Below, one piece after another: positions 51,651-60,781 of a stretch of 60,781 bases of DNA. A program made the translations under genes and the position numbers. Within the stretch, counting starts at the first letter, position 1, and each line of letters begins with the position of its first letter. The stretch lies in NCBI GenBank assembly GCA_032718475.1, contig JAUCBJ010002494.1, positions 1 through 60,781 of the forward strand, given 5' to 3'. The stretch is from Nemertoderma westbladi. Taxonomy: Eukaryota; Animalia; Xenacoelomorpha. A model generated the notes under the pieces. It did no database searches. It was not told the origin of the DNA and saw nothing but the letters and a program-made list of their open reading frames with translations.

Positions 51651-54600
51651 GGTTTCCGAAGATGGTTCACAACCCAATGGAGGGAGATCAATGTAACTTG
51701 GACTCTGGAAGTAAAGTCTTCCTCTAGAAGTTTTACCGGTATGATTTATGCTCCTTTCATTACTGTTAATACAACTGTAATTATTGGTAATATCTGTATA
51801 AAAACACTCATTAAACATTTCTGAATCAGAAGAAGGAGACATTGTAGAACTCTTGTTACTATTGTTTATAGCATCTTCTACAATACTGCTATCGATAGAG
51901 ACTGCTGTACTACATTGAGCTTGTTGTTCAATATCAGGGTCATTATCAGAAATCAATTCCTGAGTAAAAACAAGCGAATCCTCAAATTTAATTAGAAGGG
52001 ATTCAGATAACTGACTATTGTCAACCACAGGGTATTTGATCGACATATTGATACATATTGGCTGGGAACTGGTTTGGGGAATCTGAAAGCTAAAGGTAGA
52101 TTCAGAAAGAAGTTGATCAGTAACATGTTGGGGTGCCAATAATGGACTATAGACTGGGTGTGGTGGTGGGTATGTAGGAGACAAGGCTGAACAATTTGAT
52201 GATTCGATAAAGCTATTCTTATTGCCATCGCAAAAGCATAAAGAATGATCAGAATTGCTTACAAGTTCATCAATATGTGGATTGTGAGAACTTATCTCAG
52301 AACTGGACAATGATCTATTACCAATACATTCCTCACTTTTTCTAAATTCTTTGCTATTCTGACTCTTGTTGTCATCAGCATGTTGGGAAGACTTCCTTAC
52401 AACATTAGGAGTGAAGTCCAATGAATCGTCGACATTGTCTATTGACTTTGTATTACTGGTATCGCTTTTGTCTTCATTAGGCCATGGGACTGAGTACAAA
52501 TCCGGAGAGACAGCAGACTGGCTCAATTTGTCCGGGGGGTCAGAGATATTTGAGTTATGTGGAGTAATAGATTTAATAGGAAAATTAATGTTTAGATTTG
52601 CAGGAGTAGGAATAGGAAACGGATTATCAAGGGGTGAGAATAATGCTTTTTGTGAAGAAATATTCATACCTTGATTGGGAGTGTCACATTTAATTAATGT
52701 AGATAGCGTTACATGAGAAGTTAAAGAACTATTGACATCATTTATACATTGGATTGGCTTTACAGAAGTGGATGCACTTGTTTGAACTGGAGATGCGGCA
52801 GGATTTGATTGGTGAGTAACTGTCTCTAAATGAGTTTTAATGGAGGATGTATCTTTAATAGATCCAACATTGTTAGAAATAACTGATCCTACTTGATCAG
52901 GAACATTGCAAACACTATTTATATTGCTATCATTGTGAGCATAAATTTGACTTGGAGATATATTTTTGGTACTATTCGTTTCATTCACGACATCGTTCCA
53001 GCTGGGGACAACAAGCCCTTGTACCACAGCATCACTCTCTACTATATGACGTGCTTCTATTATTATTTGCTTGGCAACATCCAATTCAGTAGAACCAACA
53101 GGAAATGCTGACAACCAGAACGCTCTAGATGCCTTCCTTCGGTCGTTGACATCGAATTCATCCTCATCAAGATGAGTTCTTTTACTTGCGAAGGGAGTCG
53201 ACATTATCACAGCCTTTTCAAGTTTATCCAACATTTCGTTAGCTAAACTGATGATGGTTTTATAACCAGATGAATATAATGACCTCGCTTGCTGGCCATT
53301 GATGCAGTTAAGTCGCACCAAGTCGCACAATTCCCGTTGGACACCATAGCACAACCTTGGCTGAAAGTCTGATAGAATCAGTTCGAGATTGGTCCAAGAC
53401 AAACGATTACAAAACACAGACACAACACCTGCAAAAGATGCTGCACTTTGCTGAAGAGACTGTAGTTGACCTCTAGGGATTTTGTACTTAAGAGAAACAA
53501 CATTCAAAGGAACTTCATTGATTAAATCCGTAAGAATTAAAGCAGTATAGAATCTTCGATGTACCGCTGCTGTGTGAATATCTTTTACAGTTTTTGTAGA
53601 GAATTTTCCTTGGACTGCCCGAGCAATATAAGACTCCTTAACACCTACCAGGTCAGCTACCCGTCGGTAATTAGCAGACATGTTGCTGTACAAACACATA
53701 TAATGGTACCAATCTATAGAACTAGCTACGTCGTAGGCATATATAGGCGTTACTTGATATACAGTGTGTAACTCACTGTCAAGAACAAAACATCTCCTAG
53801 CCCTCTGTAACTCAACAAACACCTTGATAGCTTCATCAGGGTTCATAGATGAAGCTAATACAGCTTGACCTAGTTGAGTAGGGTAATAAAGAGATTCACT
53901 ATCTCCAGCTCTTATAAACTCATTCTCAATCAAAAACCTCAAACAATTATCAACGCATTTCCCTATATTATTAGCTCCATGAGTTTGACTTGTAGTACTA
54001 GTACCGGTAGCTAATAATGTGCTTGAAACATATTGGGAAACATCTTGCTTGGTAGATGCAACGCCGCTTACAATAATCTCTAGAATGGCTCGTTTGAGAC
54101 TTGTACTCACATTATCATTATCTATAACCAGACAGCTTTTAACAGGTTGTAATGGTTTCGTTAACAACTGCATCGCTTTAGCTTTCTCTGTAGGTTTACA
54201 AATCAATATACTCTCCCCTGCACTGTCCACTCCTTTCCTTCCAGCTCGCCCCACCATCTGTTGATAAGATAAAGTGTCGATGACACCACCATTAAACGAT
54301 GTTGGAGTTCTAATAATAACTCTACGAGCTGGAAGGTTTACTCCGGAACTAAGAGTAGATGTTGCAACCAGAACTCGGATTGAACCATTACGGAAACCAC
54401 GTTCGATAATATCTCGTTCTTCAGTAGATAACCCAGCGTGGTGATAACAAACGCCAGACTGAAGACAAGTAATGAGAGATTTGTCTAAACCAACAGGGGA
54501 ATGTTTTAGATTATCCACCACATGATATAACTCTTCTAGGTTCACTGCTTCTAAAACCGAGTTCTTTCTCAAGCATATCAAGCCAGAAGCAACTATATTA

Positions 54601-55757
54601 GCTACCTTCTCACAACGGGCTTTACTGGGACAGAACACCAGCACAGAATGTCCATTTATTAAAGTCTCAACACAAAGACTAACAACATTATCTTCATCAT
54701 TAGTCAACCCAGTCTGAACTACCACATCTGATACTTTCTTCATTTCGGAAGAGTAGAGATATTCACCTAACTTTACAAATTGAACTAAAGGAACCGGTCT
54801 AAATGTAGTTGTATACAGAGCAGCATTCAACCATTTGGATATAACATTTAGGTTAGGAAGAGTAGCACTCATTCCAACAATTTGTATTGGGTTTGAGTTT
54901 TTCCCCACTTTGCTGATATACAATAGTTTAGTTAGCAATAATTCCAACAAATACCCCCGACTCGAGTCCCCTACCATATGTAATTCATCAGCAACGACTA
55001 CAGCCAACTCATTCAAGGTCCCAGACTCAAGCATTTTATTAACGAGGCTATTGGCTTTCTCGATTGTACAGACAGCTATGTTACAAGCAGCAAACCCTCC
55101 TGCTGGCTGTTCCCCTCCCATAAACCCACCCACCCGCAACCCAATACCTCCATACACACCACGCAGAGATTTGCTCTTCTCTTTAGCTACCGATACGTAA
55201 GGCAGAATATACAAGGCTTTTCTATCCAGTTCCAAACAACGTTTCAAAACAATTATATCTGCAACCAGGGTCTTCCCGGCACTGGTTGGTGCAGAGAAAA
55301 CAATATTACGCCCATCTAATACACCATCAAGTGTTAGACATTCTAGCTGCCACTGAAATATTGTAGATATTCCTTGGGCCTCATAGGCTTGTAATACCGC
55401 CTCTGGGAGATTCCAACTACTCAACGAAGTGGAGGGAAGTTCCGAATACTGTGAGGACAAAATATTATTTTGGATATTATCAAAGTCTCTCCTTTCTTTG
55501 CATTGCTGCTTAGGTCCTATACTCGATATATCATGAGCATCTGATGGTAACAAATGAGCAACATATGGGTCTGTAATCCTTTCATTACCATAGAAACCAT
55601 AATTAACATTGGGGTTTAGATTCTCCTTTAATATATCTCCAGAATGTATTAGTTTTTCATTACTAGTTGACTGTATATTTTCTGATTTTCTTAAATAAAC
55701 AGATTTTTGAAAGGAATTTGGTTTCCTTTCTCTCCAAGTATCAGAAAGTTTCTTCAT
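51594..55757 (-). CDS. POLQ: DNA polymerase theta: N-terminal SF2 helicase plus start of the central domain; polymerase domain absent
   Basis: APTSAGKT, DELH, GMSATLPN, ATSTLSSGVNLPARRV, QMVGRAGRKG; POLQ-type RLCYGVQRELCDLVRL; followed by a Ser-rich linker. Confidence 0.85.
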   Translation of the reverse strand: MKKLSDTWRERKPNSFQKSVYLRKSENIQSTSNEKLIHSGDILKENLNPNVNYGFYGNERITDPYVAHLLPSDAHDISSIGPKQQCKERRDFDNIQNNILSSQYSELPSTSLSSWNLPEAVLQAYEAQGISTIFQWQLECLTLDGVLDGRNIVFSAPTSAGKTLVADIIVLKRCLELDRKALYILPYVSVAKEKSKSLRGVYGGIGLRVGGFMGGEQPAGGFAACNIAVCTIEKANSLVNKMLESGTLNELAVVVADELHMVGDSSRGYLLELLLTKLLYISKVGKNSNPIQIVGMSATLPNLNVISKWLNAALYTTTFRPVPLVQFVKLGEYLYSSEMKKVSDVVVQTGLTNDEDNVVSLCVETLINGHSVLVFCPSKARCEKVANIVASGLICLRKNSVLEAVNLEELYHVVDNLKHSPVGLDKSLITCLQSGVCYHHAGLSTEERDIIERGFRNGSIRVLVATSTLSSGVNLPARRVIIRTPTSFNGGVIDTLSYQQMVGRAGRKGVDSAGESILICKPTEKAKAMQLLTKPLQPVKSCLVIDNDNVSTSLKRAILEIIVSGVASTKQDVSQYVSSTLLATGTSTTSQTHGANNIGKCVDNCLRFLIENEFIRAGDSESLYYPTQLGQAVLASSMNPDEAIKVFVELQRARRCFVLDSELHTVYQVTPIYAYDVASSIDWYHYMCLYSNMSANYRRVADLVGVKESYIARAVQGKFSTKTVKDIHTAAVHRRFYTALILTDLINEVPLNVVSLKYKIPRGQLQSLQQSAASFAGVVSVFCNRLSWTNLELILSDFQPRLCYGVQRELCDLVRLNCINGQQARSLYSSGYKTIISLANEMLDKLEKAVIMSTPFASKRTHLDEDEFDVNDRRKASRAFWLSAFPVGSTELDVAKQIIIEARHIVESDAVVQGLVVPSWNDVVNETNSTKNISPSQIYAHNDSNINSVCNVPDQVGSVISNNVGSIKDTSSIKTHLETVTHQSNPAASPVQTSASTSVKPIQCINDVNSSLTSHVTLSTLIKCDTPNQGMNISSQKALFSPLDNPFPIPTPANLNINFPIKSITPHNSNISDPPDKLSQSAVSPDLYSVPWPNEDKSDTSNTKSIDNVDDSLDFTPNVVRKSSQHADDNKSQNSKEFRKSEECIGNRSLSSSEISSHNPHIDELVSNSDHSLCFCDGNKNSFIESSNCSALSPTYPPPHPVYSPLLAPQHVTDQLLSESTFSFQIPQTSSQPICINMSIKYPVVDNSQLSESLLIKFEDSLVFTQELISDNDPDIEQQAQCSTAVSIDSSIVEDAINNSNKSSTMSPSSDSEMFNECFYTDITNNYSCINSNERSINHTGKTSRGRLYFQSPSYIDLPPLGCEPSSETPALYTFVCFYGRKKQHYL

Positions 55758-56312
55758 ATTAAGACAATACTTTACAATGTATTGAACACAATAAATATTT
55801 GTATATTACAATGTATTGTATATTGCAAATTAGCATTTAACAACATAGTTAATAGGTAAGTTATTGTAAGTTTAGGCCAATATGTAATGATATGCGATAA
55901 TAATACAGGTTACTGTATTGTACAGTCGGGGAGAAGTAATATTTTCAACTGAGATGAAATTTCAACTTTATTTTTTAAATTTAACTTTTTATTAAAATTC
56001 CAACTTTTGGAGCAGTGTTCAAAATTCAACTTTTTTAAATTCAACTTTTGGGAGTAGGTTTTGAAATACTGAAATTTGGAGTTGGAATCCATTACTGGTA
56101 CCGGTATTCCATTGTATAATAATTATGACTATGCATACAGCGGTAATTTAATGCATCTAATAAATTCCCATAGTATTTAAGCTAATTTGCAAATGTAGTC
56201 ACCTAAAATGTTTAAAAAAAGTAATCCCGACGGTGAAAGTTTTTATTCCATCGGTAATGATGGTTAATTTTTCGAGTTGCATCCATAGAAACAATAAAAA
56301 CACCCGCTCTGT

Positions 56313-57400
56313 ATGTCTGTTACATCTTGGGGATCTTCTGGGCCTCCTGCCATTTTAGAGTTGAATTTACAACATCCGCTAGATCATCCGCATCTTCAAG
56401 GCCAGTGTCCTTTAAGATGCGTCTCAAGAAGGTCATGGGCTGTCCACCATGCTTATTTACTCCATGAGGCTGCCAAAGCACAAGATTACACAAGATTAAG
56501 CAATGTCCTGCACAACGGAGGCGGCTTTGTTCTAGGGTCAAGCTTGCGGGAACCAATGAGAGATCTCCAATGTTATATAGTGTCTGGTTGGAGATGTGTG
56601 CATTGTACTCGTACTGTAAGTGCAGTGTAATGTGGCATTGCATTGTACTGTACATTGGGCATTCTTGTGAATTTGCCATCCAGAGATTAGGTGCCCTCAA
56701 CAGTTAGCGCCCAGTATGGACTCCCAGAGGAGTACTGGAACTACTGCTGCTCTAAATAATCGGACCTTACAGCCTTAAGTTTCCGATTAATTCTATGTGA
56801 CTTCCAAATCCTGGAAAGTCTATTCAAGGCTGCCCATGCCTTGGCCCTTACGTTTTCGAAGTTCCTCGCCTGACTTCCAGATTCATGACCCCAGGTAACA
56901 GAAGTCGTCCACATGCTCAAGCATACCATCCTTTGAGCTTATGCTCATCCGGTCAGAGACTTGCTGAGGACTTTCAAAGTTAACTGTCAAAATTTTGGTC
57001 TTTTTGGAGTTAATAAAAAGACCAACACTAGAAGCAGCCTGTTCTAATGAGCTGAGGAGCCGTTCCGTTGGGCTCCCTCTAGTGATTCTGAGAGTACTCC
57101 TAAGTCATCAGCTAAGTCTAGATCAGTTAGGTACTTGGCAGTATTTCCTCGACTTCTGGAGCCAGTAGGTGGAGTTACCATCACCCCATCATAATTATGA
57201 TGATTTAAGGACATGCGTAGCACTAGCACATAGTCAACGTGTCGAACCATCGTATACTGATCTGATTGCTGTGATAATTTCATCAAGAATCCCATATAAT
57301 GAAAGTACTCTGAACATACGTGAGCGAGAGATTGAATCAAAGGCCTTGAATAAGTCAACAAAGATAACAGCCAGACTGCCAGATGGCTGTCTTTCTTTTT
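56313..57400 (-). mobile_element. RTE LINE fragment (RT core plus 3' end)
   Basis: FVDLFKAFDSI, DLDLADDL, KAWAALNRL..IWKS, RLRCAGHC. Confidence 0.85.
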
Positions 57401-58007
57401 TGATAACTAGAGGTCGTGGTTCCAGGTTCACTCCACGCACCCCGTGGGTGCAGGGATCCTGCCCCGATGGGCGGGGGCAGTATTTGTCTCTGCACGAATG
57501 CTTTGAAGGGACCAGCCCAGGGCCAGATTTAGGAATGGGCAAATGGGGCGGGGGCAGCTGCCCACTGCAGTATAACATATAAAATAAACATATATTTTTA
57601 GCTTTCAACCTGTCAATTACAGGATTATATTATCGATTAATTTCTCCCCCTTCTGCCCTTGGCCTTGGCACTTGGGTTGGGGAATTATCAGGATATTAAA
57701 TAAACAAATAAATTAATATAGATTACCGTAGGTACCGGTACATAATACAGTAATAATAAAACAACACTGCCTTATAGTCCCACTACAGCCCTACTCCCCT
57801 ACTGCACTACAGCACTAGGCAAGGCACTAGGTTCCCCTCCCCGACCTGTTTCCTCATGTCGGCCTACCACAGTGGGCCTACTGAAGTACTCGTACTAAGT
57901 ACCAACCAAGGCCAATTGAAATTACCAATGACCAGACCATACACCATACCATGGACCAATCGCAGGAGACATCTACCATCTACCTTCTCACCTGTGATAC
58001 CTTCACA

Positions 58008-58655
58008 TGTATGGCATCATATCTGGCTCAAAATTAAATATTTGAAGTGGGGTTGCAATATTTAAAAATACTGCAAAATATTAACACAGTACAGTTTAAA
58101 TATTGACACAGTACAGTATAATATTAACACAGTACAGTTTAAATATTGACACAGTACAATATGAAATGACAATTAAATTCCCTCTACCCACACACATCCC
58201 ATTTGATTGGATATAAAGTGGAATTGTACTTGTACTGTGTAGTATTGCTGTAACTAAATCACTGTACTCCACTGTAGTATGCCTTAGTACAGCACTATAG
58301 GCCTACTACTATATTAAGGCAGTAAGGATAAGGAATGGTGTAGGGCACTGACATCTGTGTACTGGTGAGGTACATTGGATTAACTCCAATCAAATACAGT
58401 AGTATGTGTGGAGAGGGAAATTTGAATTGTCATTTCATATTGTACTGTGTCAATATTTAAACTGTACTGTGTCAATATTTAAACTGAACTGTGTCAATAT
58501 TGTACTTTGTCAATATTATATTGTACTGTGTCAATATTATATTGTAGCCTACTGTGTCAATATTTAAACTGAACTGTGTCAATATTTTGTAATTTTTTTA
58601 AATATTGCAACCCCACTTCAAGTATTGAATTTTGAGCCAGATATGATGCCATACA
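58008..58655. mobile_element. Foldback-type MITE with long TIRs containing ~20-bp repeats
   Basis: TGTATGGCATCATATCTGGCTCAAAATT.. inverted at both ends; AATATTGACACAGTACA subrepeats. Confidence 0.8.
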
Positions 58656-60781
58656 CATGTGCAATGTGGACAGTGCTGAAAGGCTAGGCAACCAATACAG
58701 AACCAAACTACTATGTTTGTATGTTGGATTGACTAAATTTCTAGTATCAATACTGCAATAAGCTAAACTTGGAACACCCCCCTTCTGCACGCCACTGCAC
58801 GGTGGAGAAGACGTTTCGGAAACGAAGCTACAGTTTGTCGCAGCCCCCAATGAAAAAAAAATAAACAAAAAGAAACAATAAGAAACATTTCCCGATTTTT
58901 ACCCGAATTCCCAAAGTTCCAGAATTTTACAAGAATATCAGAGTGTTTTATAATGGAGACCGCCGTGTAGTAACTAAATTTTGAAAAAAATAGAAGTCTT
59001 TTCCCAGAGAGGTCTGTTTTCGAGCAAAAGTCGGTACCCACTGGTACGTATTTAGCACATTACCTTTCACTAGGGAGGGGGCAAGCCCCCCCCCCCCAGA
59101 TGCCTGGGGAGGGGCAGATGCCCCCTTGCCCCCCCCTCCCTAGAACCGCCACTGATTCTACTCACAGACACAGACTTTTATAGTTCCTGTCTGTCTGCCG
59201 CTAGGGGGCGAATTGTTAGAGCTCCAGTCATAGTGCTTAGCACGGTTTAATAAACTCTAAATTCATTAGGCCTATTTATTCATTACAGTCTGACAGTAAT
59301 ATTATAACAGTAAATGCAATGTATTCTATTTTCTAGTGAAATCAAATACCAAAAATATATTTATAATAGGTAATAATGTAATATTAATATAATATAATAG
59401 GTAATAAATATAATACTTGATGATCTTTTTTGGTGCCACATGTGGTGCTGCACCAAAATTAAAAATTTTCAAATTTTGGATGAAAATTACAAAAGTTGCC
59501 ATAACTCGAGAACGAAACAACTTATCGAAAAACTGATTTCAGTCACTGACTATTATTCATAATATAAGTATCATCGTGGTCTCTTTGAATACATAAGTAA
59601 TAAGACATAAGACCCCCCTTCTGCCCTTCACTTCAATTCAGTGTTCAATTCAGATTGTGTGTTACGCGTTAATTACTTCATCAAGGAAGACTTCCTCAAC
59701 CAGACAACCTCAGCCGGACAGCCGGACCGCTGCAGTTTATTCCCGTAGAACAGTAGAATTCCCGCAGCTTCAGCTTCCGACCCAATTCGACAACGAATTG
59801 CATTCACACTTTCGCGTCGCAGATACCGTAATCCGGTGCGATACACGTCTGCCCGACGTTCAACGCTTTCATTCCAACCCCAACATTCCAAGCCCCAATT
59901 TTTATGATTTGGCCCCCAAAGAAACCCTTTTCCTTGGGGAAATTCCCCCAGAACAAACACAATACAGTTGCAAAATGATTTAGAAATAAGTGATTGCCTA
60001 TATACTACTGTACTGGTATTTGGTCTTGCCTAATGCTTTCCAATGTAAAATTTGTAATGGAAGCCTATAGGAACGGACCAACTATCGGTAGTATCATACT
60101 CCTGGTATTTGGTCCGGTCTTAAGCAATCAGTTGGTTGTAAGTCATACTGATTGTACTGTAATGGAGCAAATACTTTTCGTGTTTCAATACGGCTTCATT
60201 AATTGATTTCATTCATTGGTGTGTTGAGGTAATCAGATGTGGTATTGGCAGATTGGAAGATCAACAGCTGGCCTTGCAGTACTGTAGGTACAGTTCATCT
60301 GGCACTAGCTAGTCATGTTCAGTACTACTAATTTTTAGCTGGATCAAATCATTAATTACAGGTCCTGACAGTTTGAATATGTGGACGAGATTAATTACAG
60401 TAAGTGTACAAGCAGGTAGTCTTTGCTGTAAGGTCAGAAGTTTTAATAACATTGCCATCCCCAGACCCCCCGAAAAAGTATTTGGTCCGCGGACCAAATA
60501 CCAGTATATGGCCACGAAAAGCGCGCCAGCCATGAATTTCATTGCGCGCCAACCATTCACCAAGAAATTTTGCAATTACTACGTACGAGTTTAACGTACT
60601 AATTACTAATGACTGTATTATATTGTAATAATTTATCAGTTTATACTGCAGCGGACCTACAGTACAGTACTGCTGCAGTATTAAAATATTAAAAGGCGAG
60701 CGTAGCGAGCAAAGAAATTTTGCAGAAATATTAAGATTAATACAGTATTAGTCAGATAGTAGGTCATAGGTCAACCAACTC

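Noticed and set aside
57515-59155. hAT-like ends (CAGGGCC.., ..CCGCCACTG)
   Set aside because: Could not pair the ends or find an 8-bp TSD; fragments only.

Overview
AT-rich, transposon-saturated animal (invertebrate-type) genomic DNA; all calls are from reading the sequence, with no searches run. Two host genes are visible. One is a + strand astacin metalloprotease (5 recognisable exons, 9775-30601), whose last ~17 kb intron is a nested stack of elements (P-like > pogo and Copia > Harbinger, Tc1 and Ginger-like MITEs > ribozyme array). The other is a - strand intronless 4.1 kb DNA polymerase theta (POLQ) helicase ORF with no polymerase domain, which runs into a Kelch pseudogene. The rest is decayed BEL/Pao, CRE-like, RTE, CR1/L2-like and Penelope elements plus MITEs. 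The most notable signal is four distinct hammerhead-ribozyme (HHR) units: (1) a minimal HHR behind a Penelope GIY-YIG ORF; (2) a near-perfect 340-bp tandem array with intact type I HHRs and complementary monomer ends, resembling a retrozyme/circRNA; (3) a 677-bp tandem array with a TSD and 5' inversion, whose HHR core appears to carry its cleavage strand inside the stem II loop, a topology outside types I-III; and (4) an inverted ~440-bp repeat pair ending in HHRs that splits a BEL element.
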